A stretch of DNA of 64,000 nt from NCBI GenBank assembly GCA_965215015.1, contig OZ244042.1, forward strand, positions 1,024,001 through 1,088,000, given 5' to 3'. This document shows positions 40,519 to 50,847 of the stretch, piece by piece. This stretch comes from Candidatus Poribacteria bacterium (lineage in GTDB: Bacteria > Poribacteria > WGA-4E > PCPOR2b). Within the stretch, counting starts at the first letter, position 1. The number at the start of each line of letters is the position of its first letter. Under the pieces are notes generated by a model. It was not told the DNA's origin. It ran no database searches and saw only the letters and a list, made by a program, of their open reading frames with translations. The position numbers were made by a program, and so were the translations under genes.

Positions 40519-41229
40519 TCACTGACCGTATCCCAGACTGCGGAGATGTGCGACAGCTTGCTTCATATCGCCCGCCGCCTGCATAATCCATGGCCCCTGG
40601 AAGCCCACGCCCTCAAGCACCCACCGGACGCCTGCGAAATCTACCGACCCTGTGCCGAGTGTGGGGAAATCCCATTCGTCAAAATTACCGCTATGGTCCT
40701 TTAAATGGGTGCTCGCAACATATTGTGCAACCTTTTTCAACTCTGTGACCGCATCCGTTCCATTGGTATAGAAACTGATGTTCCCCGTATCAAAGTTGAT
40801 TCTGATGTTCGGATGGTCAGTCGCCTCCATGGTTTTCAACGCAACTTCGGCATTATGAAGGAGTGACGGGTGTGTTTCGAGCGCGACGGTGATACCGCGT
40901 TGCGCTGCTTCATCGCCCATCGTTTTCAGCCAGTCACAGACCTTCGGTCTCATCTCTTCATCGGCTTTGATACTGCTGAGTGCGAGATCCACGCCCATTT
41001 TGACCGCTGCATCAAAAGCATTTACCCAGGCTCGGCTCGCTGCCTCAGTCGCAACGGTATCCTCTTCAAGATACAACGCGGTCAGTCCAATGGCTTGCAG
41101 CCCTTTTGCTTTGAGATCTGCCTGAAGCTCTTCAACCTTTTCGGGTTCAGGTGCACCCACTTGAACATATTGGATGCCATGTTCTAAAAGCTCTGCACCG
41201 CCTCCTATATTCGCCAATACGTTTTTCAT
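40519..41229 (-). CDS. Sugar phosphate isomerase/epimerase (xylose-isomerase-like TIM barrel)
   Basis: ALETH, NFDTGN, HLKDH and LGTGSVDF. Confidence 0.85.
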   Translation of the reverse strand: MKNVLANIGGGAELLEHGIQYVQVGAPEPEKVEELQADLKAKGLQAIGLTALYLEEDTVATEAASRAWVNAFDAAVKMGVDLALSSIKADEEMRPKVCDWLKTMGDEAAQRGITVALETHPSLLHNAEVALKTMEATDHPNIRINFDTGNISFYTNGTDAVTELKKVAQYVASTHLKDHSGNFDEWDFPTLGTGSVDFAGVRWVLEGVGFQGPWIMQAAGDMKQAVAHLRSLGYGQ

Positions 41230-41445
41230 AATGACCCCTTTCTGCGCGGCTGAATCGCGCTTCTGCTCTGTCCGATTTATACAATTTGTGCATGACTATG
41301 TACTATGTTACACTTTTGGAGTGTAGATCGCAAGTCGTTTGTTGATTTGGTCTGTTTTTTTTATATTTTTTTTTTAATCGTGCTATAATGTTTGTTTAAC
41401 CGACGGAGTTTTCCGCCGCGAAATGAGTGAGGAACCATTTTTACC

Positions 41446-42256
41446 ATGCTTAACGATTCACAAATTGCCACATTCAAAGAAGAAGGCTACCTGATTATTG
41501 AGGACCTTTTCACCGAAGAGGACTTGCGCCCGGTGAAGGACGAGTTCAATACTGTTATCGAAGTGCAGGCGCAGCAACTTTATCAAGCCGGGCGATTGAG
41601 TACTTTGTACGAAAATGAGTCATTTGAGCGGCGGTTGGCGAAGATTGCTGCCGAAGCACCTGAAGCAGCCTCAGCACTACAAACCCGTGCTCATAAAGAT
41701 GAGGGATTGTTTCAGTTCATGAAGCATCCTAAAATTCTTGACCGGGTAGAGTCGCTGGTGGGGCCCGATATCCTGTGTCATCCCTCCTATAACATCCATC
41801 CACGCTTACCGGGAGGATATACCAGTCCGCATCAGGATGCGGGATATTACCTGCCTGATGGCGACGAGACGTTGATTCTGGCGTGCTTGATACCGTTAGT
41901 TGATACCACTCTGGAGTGAGGGCGGGCTAAATATCCCGATCGAAGATGTCTCAGAGGCAGAGCGGCAGCCGCTCCCTACAAAGGTAGGCAGCATGGTGAT
42001 GTTCAGCAGTATGACCCCGCACGGTTCACGGGTCAATGAAACAGATACCATCCGTTGGAGTATGGACTTACGCTACCAAGCACTTGGGAAACCCACCGGA
42101 CGTTGGTATATTCCCGGTTTTGTCGCCCGGAGTCGCTCAAACGCCGAATTGGAGACACCTAACTGTAAGGAATGGATCGCTGAAGTTGAGCGCGTCGAGC
42201 AGAACGCAAACAGATACCCGGAATGGCCACGTTATCGCTGGCCCCAGACACCGTAG
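41446..42256 (+). pseudogene. PhyH family dioxygenase broken by internal deletion/frameshift
   Basis: N-half PHQDAGY...IPLVDTTLE*; C-half TPHGSRVN..IRWSMDLRY in another frame; the G.L.V.PGSH segment is missing. Confidence 0.8.
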
Positions 42257-42400
42257 ATACACCCTCATAACCGATGGTGCTAGTTTGCAACTGTTGTTCA
42301 TTAGTCCATTGGTTCATTAATGGACTGTTGAAGGATGTGGAAATGGCAACCTCACCAACAAGCACCAAAGGTTTATCATGGCTCGAAAGGAAGTGAAGAG

Positions 42401-43168
42401 ATGGCATCAATTGATTTTTCATTAACCGACAAGGTTGTGCTCGTAACCGGTGCAGGGAAAGGCATCGGTAAAGAGATTGCACTATCTTGTGCACATGCCG
42501 GAGCGGACAGCGTTGCAGGGAGCCGCACTGTAAGTGAAGTTGAACAGGTGGCGGAGGAGGTTCGCAAAACGGGTCAACGTGCAGAAGCGTGGCAATTGGA
42601 CGTTGCGGAGGTTTCAAGCATTAAGGGATTTGTGCGGAAAACACTTGATACCTTTGGCAGAATTGATGTGTTAGTTAACAATGCCGGAGTTAACAAAGTC
42701 CAGCCCGCGCTTGATTGCACTGAAGAAGACTTCGATTACATCGTGGATGTAAACTTTAAGGGCACGTTCTTCATGAGCCAGATGGCGGCAAAATCGATGA
42801 TTGAGGGGAGTATTCAGGGACGCATCATCAGCATCAGTTCGCAGGTTGGCGTTGTGGGAGGCCCGCTTCGAGCACCCTACAGTGGTGCGAAAGGTGCCAT
42901 TTGCCTGCTCACTAAATCGTTAGCCGCAGAATGGGCACCGCACGGCATCACGGTCAATTCAGTCGCACCAACCGTCACTCGTACACCCCTTTCGGAAATA
43001 GCGATGCAAACCCCTGAGTTTAACAAGATCGTAATCGAAAATGTTCTGATGGGGAGAATTGCAGAACCGGAAGAAATAGCAGCGGCGGTCATCTACCTCG
43101 CAAGCGACGGAGCTGGTATGGTCACCGGACATACACTCCTCGTCGATGGCGGATGGACTGCGGTCTAA
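42401..43168 (+). CDS. Short-chain dehydrogenase/reductase
   Basis: TGAGKGIG, NNAG and YSGAK. Confidence 0.95.
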   Translation: MASIDFSLTDKVVLVTGAGKGIGKEIALSCAHAGADSVAGSRTVSEVEQVAEEVRKTGQRAEAWQLDVAEVSSIKGFVRKTLDTFGRIDVLVNNAGVNKVQPALDCTEEDFDYIVDVNFKGTFFMSQMAAKSMIEGSIQGRIISISSQVGVVGGPLRAPYSGAKGAICLLTKSLAAEWAPHGITVNSVAPTVTRTPLSEIAMQTPEFNKIVIENVLMGRIAEPEEIAAAVIYLASDGAGMVTGHTLLVDGGWTAV

Positions 43169-43222
43169 CTGCCAAAATCGGCAAGTCCAGGTCAGGGCAT
43201 CGGAACAGGAAGGATAGGAGCA

Positions 43223-44086
43223 ATGGAACAACTGACTTCAAACGGTATACCGCTAGATATGGCACCGGATGCATTCGGCGAGTTGCGTGAATCAAACGAT
43301 CTGCTCGATGATATACCCACCTTGAGGGAACGAATGGCAGAGGACGGCTATCTCCTACTCCGCGACTATTTGGATATAGAATGGGTCATGGATGCCCGGC
43401 GATCTGTGCTTGAGGTGTTGGCAGAACATGAGATGATCGATGAAAACCATTCTCTCATGGAGGCGCGAGCGGCAAAAGGGGATAACAGCAAATTTCGCTC
43501 TGCAATTAGCAGCCATGCGGCGTTAGGGAAGTTACCCGCTGTGCGGAAATTGGTGCATTCTGGTCGGATGATTGAATTCTACACCGCATTCCTCGGCGGC
43601 GAGGTCAAATCGTTTGATTTTGTCTGGATGCGCGTGATGGGACCCGGCAGATCCAGTGCACCGCATTACGACATCGTGTACATGGGGCGAGGCACCACGA
43701 ATCTATACACTTCGTGGACACCGTTGGGAGACGCTCCCTTGAGCCATGCCGCGCTGATGGTGCTTGAAAACTCCCACCGTCTGGAAGAAGTCAAAGCCAC
43801 TTACGGGCAGATGGACGTAGATAAGCAAGGTAACTGGAAAAAGACAGGAGGGCAATACGGCAGAGACCCTGCAGTGATTCAGAAGGGGCTTGGGTACCGG
43901 TGGCTCACAACAGACTTCCGCGCCGGGGATCTGCTGGTGTTTAGTATGTATACGATGCACTGCTCGCTTGACAATCGCTCTGATCGGATTCGGCTATCTT
44001 CGGATACGCGCTACCAATTGGCTTCGGAGCCGGTGGATGAGCGTTGGATCGGCGAAAATCCGATTGCCCATTCCGTGCGGGAGTAA
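43223..44086 (+). CDS. PhyH family dioxygenase
   Basis: PHYDIVYMGRG, WTPLGD and TMHCSLDN...RLSSDTRY. Confidence 0.9.
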   Translation: MEQLTSNGIPLDMAPDAFGELRESNDLLDDIPTLRERMAEDGYLLLRDYLDIEWVMDARRSVLEVLAEHEMIDENHSLMEARAAKGDNSKFRSAISSHAALGKLPAVRKLVHSGRMIEFYTAFLGGEVKSFDFVWMRVMGPGRSSAPHYDIVYMGRGTTNLYTSWTPLGDAPLSHAALMVLENSHRLEEVKATYGQMDVDKQGNWKKTGGQYGRDPAVIQKGLGYRWLTTDFRAGDLLVFSMYTMHCSLDNRSDRIRLSSDTRYQLASEPVDERWIGENPIAHSVRE

Positions 44087-44136
44087 GAGTGAAATGTCCG
44101 ATCGGACGAACCATGAGCGACAAAGGAGTATGAAAC

Positions 44137-44340
44137 ATGGAGTATTTCACAATAGAAATTCAACGAGATGAAAATTTCTTTGTTGCTCAGTGTCTTGAGG
44201 AAGAATCTTGTTTCACGCCAGGAAGAACACTCCAAGAAACCCTCTGTAATACGCGCGAAGTTTTGGAATTGGTGCTAGATGTAAAGGATTCTCAACTAGA
44301 AGTGCACTTACGACACGATCTGGTTGAGGTGTTTGCTTGA
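44137..44340 (+). CDS. HicB-like antitoxin (orphan)
   Basis: AGGAG RBS; IQRDENFFVAQC...CFTPGRTLQETLCNTREVLEL. Confidence 0.7.
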   Translation: MEYFTIEIQRDENFFVAQCLEEESCFTPGRTLQETLCNTREVLELVLDVKDSQLEVHLRHDLVEVFA

Positions 44341-44562
44341 AACTTTTTGTAGCGTCAAAGTCATGGATTCATCCCGATCGGCTTGGATAGACATATCCAA
44401 GCCCTTCCGTATATGTGCAGTGGATTTGGTAATCCACTGCGCGCGGTGATTGACCGAGTTTAGCTCACATTCTCCCGGCTTGCAATGTACCCCATAAGTA
44501 GCAGCTTGAATTACCATATACAACCCGCAACAACTTCACAAACCAAACAGGAGGTCGTCATC

Positions 44563-44931
44563 ATGATTATACGAAACTGGCGTGACTCAATTCCCTATGT
44601 CGGACATGAGAGCAAAATTATTTGGCCCATACTGACACGCGCTGGGAGCGAAAACGCTGATCCAGAGGAAGCGGCATGTCTGCTAGGACTGAGCAATTTC
44701 ACGCGCCACGTCGTTCAAGGACGTATCACAACGGATTACCACGACCATCAAGACAAAGAACAGGTCTATTACTTTATCAAAGGGCGCGGCAAAATGTTGA
44801 TTGATGGTAAGGAATACCCAGTAACAGCAGGTGATGCTGTGCATCTACCTCCCAAGACAAAGCATGGAGTCATCAACGAGGGCGAAGATGAAATTGAGTA
44901 CTTGAACATCAGTGCACCCGTTGAGTCGTAA
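44563..44931 (+). CDS. Cupin domain protein
   Basis: HDHQDKEQVYY..KGRG and GDAVHLPPKTKH. Confidence 0.9.
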   Translation: MIIRNWRDSIPYVGHESKIIWPILTRAGSENADPEEAACLLGLSNFTRHVVQGRITTDYHDHQDKEQVYYFIKGRGKMLIDGKEYPVTAGDAVHLPPKTKHGVINEGEDEIEYLNISAPVES

Positions 44932-44975
44932 CTCGACAACATAATCCTTTTATAAACTACCGCTAAGGAGTTCTT

Positions 44976-45782
44976 ATGATTAAACTCGGCATTTACGGTT
45001 CGTATTTTGGCAAGGACGATCCAAAAACACTTCCCTATGTTGAAGATGTCATCGACTTTGCCTATGAGTTGAAACTAGATGTCATCGATTTCCGTGCCGA
45101 TGTAGGCTTTCGCTCGCAGGAGCCCGATTATCTGCGCGCTATCAAGGTTAAGTGCCTCAAAGCCGGACTTCCCATTGGCTACCTAGCGACCGGTGGGCAT
45201 TTTGTGGGAACGGAAGATGAACTGCAGCAGAAAATGGCTCGGTGTAAAGCGGATTTGGATACAGCCGTTTTCCTAGGCACACCAATGGTCAGATCATTCT
45301 GTGGCCCCACGCCGGAGACCGACGAAGGGAAAGCGCGTGAAGTCCAGTGTTTCCAAGAACTTTGTGATACCGCCGCTGAAAAGGGTATCATCGTCGGGGT
45401 ACAGAATCATCCGTGTACCGGTGACGGCGTCCTGCGCCTCCTGCGTGAGACAAATCGTGAAAACTTTACCTTTATTCTGGATACTGGTCAGTGGGTCGGC
45501 TCCCCTTCACAGAACCGTGGGGTTCCTGATCCGGACATAAATACCTACGAATTTATGGAGCAGACCGCTCCCTACGCATCGTATGTCCGCGCTAAGGTTT
45601 ATAAAGTGGATAGCGGGCGCGAAGAGTGGCTAGATTATGAGCGCATCGTTGAAATTCTGAAATCAGCGAATTTCAACGGCTGCATGTCCATCACATTTGA
45701 AGGCAAAGACGCCAATGAATGCGATGATAAGGAAACCTTCAGGCGGGCGGCTAAGTATCTACGCAAACTGCTTGCCGCCTAG
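44976..45782 (+). CDS. Sugar phosphate isomerase/epimerase family protein
   Basis: QNH, LDTGQW, VRAK and SITFEG of the AP-endonuclease-2 TIM barrel. Confidence 0.85.
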   Translation: MIKLGIYGSYFGKDDPKTLPYVEDVIDFAYELKLDVIDFRADVGFRSQEPDYLRAIKVKCLKAGLPIGYLATGGHFVGTEDELQQKMARCKADLDTAVFLGTPMVRSFCGPTPETDEGKAREVQCFQELCDTAAEKGIIVGVQNHPCTGDGVLRLLRETNRENFTFILDTGQWVGSPSQNRGVPDPDINTYEFMEQTAPYASYVRAKVYKVDSGREEWLDYERIVEILKSANFNGCMSITFEGKDANECDDKETFRRAAKYLRKLLAA

Positions 45783-45850
45783 TCGTTTTGGTGTGGGCGA
45801 TTCTGGAAATTTACGGAATCAGAACACAATACATAATCAAGGAGATTGTA

Positions 45851-46963
45851 ATGAGTGAAAATATTTACGCAAGGTTAGGGGCAACCCCAATTATCAACGC
45901 TGCGGGCAACTCTACTGCCATGGGTGGCTCAACCCCTACCCCGATAGTCAAGCAAGCAATGGAAGAAGCGGAACAACACTTCGTAGACATGGAGGAACTG
46001 CTCGAAAAGTCTGGAGACCACATCGCTTCTCTGGTGGGTGCAGAAGCCGCTTATGTCACGGCTGGGTGTTACGCTGCTATGGTGCTGGCCACTGCCGCGT
46101 GTATCACCGGCAATGACCAAGAGAAAATGGATCAACTCCCAGACACCACCGGCATGAAAGACGAAGTCATCATCCAAGCAAAGCAGCGATACGGCTTTGA
46201 TCGGGCTTACACCTTGCCGGGGAGCAAGCTGGTGATAGCTGGCGACGAGAATGGATGCACAGCGGAGCAGTTGGAAGCCGCAATCGGGCCGCAGACCGCG
46301 GCTGTTATCCACTTCGTTAGTCCCGATCCGGACACCACTGTTGTTTCGCTCGAAGATACGGTCAGAATTGCACATTCACACAACGTGTATGTCATCGCTG
46401 ACGCCGCTTCGCAGATCTTCCCGATTGATTATTTCAAGGATACTGCCACATCGGCTGACTTGGTCTGTTTCGGCGGCAAATATGTCCACGGTCCCCACTC
46501 CGCTGGGTTTGTGGCTGGAAAGAAGGGCCTGATCCAAGCAGTAGCAGCTCACGGTTTTATCGGACCCCGTCCCCTGGGACGCGGGATGAAAATAGACCGA
46601 CAGGAAATCATCGGACTGACTGTTGCCCTCGATCAATGGTTCACTATGGACCATGAAGAACGCTTCGACGAATACCGCAAAAAGTTCGCTGTCATTGAGC
46701 GAGCTATTGAGGGAGCACCCGGCGTGGAAGAAACAAAAGAGGTATCCACGCAAAGATATTGGGGTGTTGAACTCCACGTTGCTGTCAATGCAGCAGAGTC
46801 GGCGCGGAGCGCGCGCGAACTCATTGAGGCACTTGATGCTGGTAACCCTTGCATCAAAGTCGGCGGCGAAGGTGAAGATACCGTGGTCGTCAGGGTGGAC
46901 AACCTAGAGGAGGGTGATGAACACACCATCGCCCAGCGGTTGAGAGCCTTGCTCGCCGGTTAA
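45851..46963 (+). CDS. SelA-like PLP enzyme (DgaE, D-glucosaminate-6-phosphate ammonia-lyase-like)
   Basis: IINAAG..T..GGS, IADAA, FGGK PLP lysine and GRGMKIDRQEI. Confidence 0.82.
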   Translation: MSENIYARLGATPIINAAGNSTAMGGSTPTPIVKQAMEEAEQHFVDMEELLEKSGDHIASLVGAEAAYVTAGCYAAMVLATAACITGNDQEKMDQLPDTTGMKDEVIIQAKQRYGFDRAYTLPGSKLVIAGDENGCTAEQLEAAIGPQTAAVIHFVSPDPDTTVVSLEDTVRIAHSHNVYVIADAASQIFPIDYFKDTATSADLVCFGGKYVHGPHSAGFVAGKKGLIQAVAAHGFIGPRPLGRGMKIDRQEIIGLTVALDQWFTMDHEERFDEYRKKFAVIERAIEGAPGVEETKEVSTQRYWGVELHVAVNAAESARSARELIEALDAGNPCIKVGGEGEDTVVVRVDNLEEGDEHTIAQRLRALLAG

Positions 46964-46964
46964 A

Positions 46965-47160
46965 TTCGATCACGGATAGAACAGATTAACGGGTAAAGAC
47001 AGATTCCAACTACATCTCGTGGACACTGCGGGGAGATGCTCACTGAAGTAATACTGTGCTGGTGTAGGGAATAACGATTGTTGTTTCCTACGAGATCCCA
47101 CCTCCCTGTTCATCTGTGTTATCTGTTTCATCTGTGATTACATTTCTCGCCAACAGATTA
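46965..47160. repeat. Imperfect palindromic intergenic repeat (REP-like, 9-nt periodic)
   Basis: ATCACGGATAGAACAGATTAAC ... CATCTGTGTTATCTGTTTCATCTGTGAT. Confidence 0.5.
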
Positions 47161-47171
47161 TTGGCGAGCAC

Positions 47172-48080
47172 ATGCAGATGAACAAGCAGCTTCCAACAGC
47201 AGCATATGACCAAATTGCGGCCGATTTTTGTGGGCGTATCGGCTTCTACATTGAAGACTTGACCACCGGAATCACACACGAACATAACGCGGATCAACGC
47301 TTCCCCACTGCAAGCGTTTGCAAAATTCCAATGATGATCGAGTTGTTCCGTCAGGTTGAGATTAGTCGCCTTTCGCTTGATGAACGTTATCGGCTGCAAG
47401 GAAATATCTCTACCCACGGCTCAGGGACGCTAAAGCTGATGGAAGATGCGCCGGAGCTGACGCTACGCGATTATTGCCGGTTGATGATTGGCATCAGTGA
47501 TAACATGGCGACCGATTTCCTCCTAGGGGTGGTAGGACTGGAATCTGTCAACGCCACGCTGGATATGATGGGTTTCCCCAACACCCGAACCAGCGTGACT
47601 CTCGGTCGCTACCACTATCGGATGTTCGGCATGGATGATGTCCTGTGCAACCGAGAAAATGATGTGTTGCAGCAGAAACGGGCAGAGACGCATGGCCCTG
47701 ACTTCAACAGCATATCCTTTCAGGATTCTTTGGAGAACAACGTTGCCACCCCAAGGGACATGGGGAGCATCTTGAAGTATCTCCACGCTGGCCAGATCGT
47801 CAGCCCGCAGGCATCAGCGGCGATGATTGAAATGCTTAAACTTTGCAATGACCGCCGTATGATCCCGCGCAACTTAAAATCTGACATCCCAATCGCGCAC
47901 AAGATTGGATCGAGTGGGCGCATCAAGGGGGATGTCGGTCTTGTCTTTCTCCCAACGGGTACCCTCGTTGTCTCTGCGTTTGCGCTTGCCAGTAGTGATG
48001 GTGTCCGCGGGGACGAGGCGATTGCACAGATTAGTCGGCTGGCAGTAGAAGCCTTCTCACCCGATAGCATTGTCCGATAG
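47172..48080 (+). CDS. Class A beta-lactamase-like serine hydrolase
   Basis: ASVCK (SxxK), ISDN and HKIG; no signal peptide. Confidence 0.85.
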   Translation: MQMNKQLPTAAYDQIAADFCGRIGFYIEDLTTGITHEHNADQRFPTASVCKIPMMIELFRQVEISRLSLDERYRLQGNISTHGSGTLKLMEDAPELTLRDYCRLMIGISDNMATDFLLGVVGLESVNATLDMMGFPNTRTSVTLGRYHYRMFGMDDVLCNRENDVLQQKRAETHGPDFNSISFQDSLENNVATPRDMGSILKYLHAGQIVSPQASAAMIEMLKLCNDRRMIPRNLKSDIPIAHKIGSSGRIKGDVGLVFLPTGTLVVSAFALASSDGVRGDEAIAQISRLAVEAFSPDSIVR

Positions 48081-48096
48081 CGGCCCCCCAATTCCC

Positions 48097-48211
48097 GTAG
48101 GTCGGGCTTCCTCGCCCGGCTCTACCCCACGGTCCAATACCGGATGGAATTTCAATAACTAGTAATTTGTGTTAAGTTAATGGAGGTTACAGCATACGGA
48201 GTATGCCTATT
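48097..48211. repeat. REP-like palindromes
   Basis: GTAGGTCGGGCTTCCTCGCCCGGCTCTAC. GGTTACAGCATACGGAGTATGCCTA recurs near-identically at 49996-50022. Confidence 0.6.
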
Positions 48212-48265
48212 ACTAGCAACTTGAGTTATTTTATTAAAACTTAAATTTCCTACGGAGGAAACAAA

Positions 48266-48859
48266 ATGTCAGAGATACATAGTTCTTGGAAACGCGATTT
48301 CGACGTATACGACCGACTCAACGCGCTCGGCATTGACCTAGGAACAAAAGCCGATGCGATTTCCGATCCCCGCGGTCGGCGTATCTGCAACCTCACCTTT
48401 ACTCCGTCCGGTCTGGTTTTCGCTTCGGGGACAGGTGCCGGTACAGGAGCGGTGACCAACGATGACCAAGATGTGGAAGCCGGCTATCAAGCCGGTCGAG
48501 AGGCAGGTATCAGTCACATCCTTTCCCTGCACTGGGGATTGGAACCTTTTGGCAACTTGAACGATGTCTGGTACTGCGTCAAGTGTATCGGGATGGTCAA
48601 CTCACACGGCGGCGGGTCCTTCTCAAAATCGCCCCAAGTTGTAGATGGTTACACGAAAGCTTTTCACGATGTCTTTGGTGGACCGCTATCCGAATCGGCT
48701 GAAGATGGCATGGACTCATCCCTATCGGGTTGGCACGCGCGAAGTGCCGTCGCAGGCTTTGACCTACCGGGACACTGCAAGATTGAACCTGAGATGATTT
48801 TCCAGATCGATCCAGATTTGGCAATCAGAATCATCCGAGAACGCGGTCCACACATATAA
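48266..48859 (+). CDS. Rid family (YjgF-like) protein
   Basis: LVFASG, VKCIGMVNS, VVDGY...VFG and GWHARSAVAG.DLP. Confidence 0.75.
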   Translation: MSEIHSSWKRDFDVYDRLNALGIDLGTKADAISDPRGRRICNLTFTPSGLVFASGTGAGTGAVTNDDQDVEAGYQAGREAGISHILSLHWGLEPFGNLNDVWYCVKCIGMVNSHGGGSFSKSPQVVDGYTKAFHDVFGGPLSESAEDGMDSSLSGWHARSAVAGFDLPGHCKIEPEMIFQIDPDLAIRIIRERGPHI

Positions 48860-48872
48860 ATTTGGAGATATT

Positions 48873-49763
48873 ATGTCTGTTCGTTTCACTTTTTTGACCG
48901 ATAGCCATTATTACCCCGGTGCGCCGAAAGATTACGGCGCACCAAAGATGCTGACGCAGAGTAGGACTGTTCTCGACGCAATCGTGCCAGCGGTCAATCC
49001 GATCAGACCGGACTTCATCGTTCACGGCGGCGACTTCCTCTGTGGTGGCAGTTCGTTCGATTTGCCGTGGACGACCTATCTGCAATCAATTGAGGATGTT
49101 GCGACAACTTTTGCCGGTTTTGAGGCACCGATGTATTGTGTCCCCGGCAATCATGACTCCGACGCACAACAGGGGTCTTTTGAAGCGTTTGCAGAAAAAT
49201 TCGCCATCCCCGAAACGCTCAAGGTCGTTGACGCCGCTCCACGGCTTCGCCTCGCGCTCGCCAACATCTATCACCAATGCCACCCTATCCAAGATGGCAA
49301 CGGTGTTTGGACCGATATCCTCGACAATGCCCTCCGTGAAGCAGCGGAAAAGGCTTATGACGAAGGGCACGCGATGCTGTTGTTTCTCCATACATGGGTG
49401 CTGCCAAGCGATGTGGAAGGAAAAGGAATCCTCGATGGTGCGGATCGCCTGCTGGAAACCGTGAAGGAGAGTCCCGCCATCGTTGCGCTCTTCACAGGGC
49501 ATCGGCATATCAACCGTATCCGGATGTATCGTGATTTCCTCATTGTTGACACTGCATGTCTGATCGGTTTTCCAATGGGGTTTCGAGAGATTCAACTCCG
49601 GGAGGACGGATATTTCGAGACGCGATTTCATCAACTCCCGCTACCAGCACTTATCCAAGCGTCATACGACAAATCCAGTGTTGAAACGAACAACGTTTGG
49701 TGCGGGGAAATCCATGACCGGGATACGGAAATTCTCTTGCCGAGGCTTAGAGAGATTTGGTAA
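48873..49763 (+). CDS. Metallophosphoesterase
   Basis: TDSH, GGD, PGNHD and FTGHRH. Confidence 0.92.
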   Translation: MSVRFTFLTDSHYYPGAPKDYGAPKMLTQSRTVLDAIVPAVNPIRPDFIVHGGDFLCGGSSFDLPWTTYLQSIEDVATTFAGFEAPMYCVPGNHDSDAQQGSFEAFAEKFAIPETLKVVDAAPRLRLALANIYHQCHPIQDGNGVWTDILDNALREAAEKAYDEGHAMLLFLHTWVLPSDVEGKGILDGADRLLETVKESPAIVALFTGHRHINRIRMYRDFLIVDTACLIGFPMGFREIQLREDGYFETRFHQLPLPALIQASYDKSSVETNNVWCGEIHDRDTEILLPRLREIW

Positions 49764-49841
49764 CCACGAATCTACGCGAAACGGTCTCTGATGATGAGCC
49801 TATATTAGTTAGGACTTACGCGGCTCAACATTCAAACCCTC

Positions 49842-50022
49842 GTAGTTTGGTGCCTCATCAAATACTGGGGGTATCACTCGACAGTGTTGGTATCTATACG
49901 ACTCACGCCGCCCGATGAACCGGGCAACTACAATTAATCCAACAGAAGTAGGCACGGTCCGTACCCCGCTTGGGGGGAGTCATTCCGAGCACAACGGTTA
50001 CGGCATACGGCGTATGCCTACT
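49842..50022. repeat. Cluster of GTAG...CTAC REP-like palindromes
   Basis: GTAGTT...CCCGATGAACCGGGCAACTAC and GTAGGCAC...GCATACGGCGTATGCCTAC. Confidence 0.6.
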
Positions 50023-50117
50023 CCCTTAAAGAGGCGCAATGAACGCGCCACTACAAACAACTTCTATCAGTGTAGATTCGCGTGATTAGCGGATTGGTGT
50101 TAGAAAAGGAGAGGCAG

Positions 50118-50840
50118 ATGAAAATCCTCGTCACCGGTGCCGCCGGGGCTGTTGGTACGGCGGTCGTGAAAGGGATGAAAGACCGGTATTCACTGCGTGG
50201 GTTTGACCGCGTACCAATGCCAAATATTGAAGATGCAATTGTCGGCGATGTCACTGACTTTGATGCTGTGCTCCAAGCCACTCAGGACACGGAGGCAGTG
50301 ATTCACCTCGCAGGCAACCCCTCCGGCGGCGCGCCGTGGGAAGATATTCTTCAGAATAACATTGTCGGCACTTACAATGTCTTTGAAGCGGCACGGCAAA
50401 ACGGTGTACGTCGCATTGCCTTCGCCAGCCGGGCCGGGCTGCTCGCGCCTTATCCAAAAGACATCATGCGGACGGTTGATATGATGCCTCGACCGGAGAC
50501 CTACTACTCAATCAGCAAGGTCTTTGGAGAGAATCTAGGCTATATGTACTCAGCCCGGTTTGATATGGAATTTGTCGCGGTCCGAATTGGCAATTTCAAG
50601 CGAGATCGCGACCTCCCCACACACCCCCATCAACTGAGCCATGGCGACGCGGCCCGCGTGTTCGAGCAGGCAGTTACTTCCCCCCTTTATCCTCCCGCTA
50701 GCGGAGGGAAAGGGGGGGCGAAATTTGAGGTTGTGTTCGGTGTTTCAGACAGTACATGGGCACTCTACGATCTGGAACATGGGCGGCAGGTCATCGACTA
50801 TCACCCACAGGATAAGTCGGACGCAGTACCGGAGGTTTGA
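50118..50840 (+). CDS. NAD-dependent epimerase/dehydratase (uronate dehydrogenase-like) with in-frame palindrome insert
   Basis: TGAAGAVG, HLAG, YSISK and VRIG. Confidence 0.9.
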   Translation: MKILVTGAAGAVGTAVVKGMKDRYSLRGFDRVPMPNIEDAIVGDVTDFDAVLQATQDTEAVIHLAGNPSGGAPWEDILQNNIVGTYNVFEAARQNGVRRIAFASRAGLLAPYPKDIMRTVDMMPRPETYYSISKVFGENLGYMYSARFDMEFVAVRIGNFKRDRDLPTHPHQLSHGDAARVFEQAVTSPLYPPASGGKGGAKFEVVFGVSDSTWALYDLEHGRQVIDYHPQDKSDAVPEV

Positions 50841-50847
50841 GCAATAA

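Noticed and set aside
45851-46963. Selenocysteine synthase SelA supporting the U-S-U protein
   Set aside because: About 370 aa, lacks the SelA N-terminal tRNA-binding domain, and its motifs fit the DgaE-like subfamily. It is not evidence for Sec machinery.
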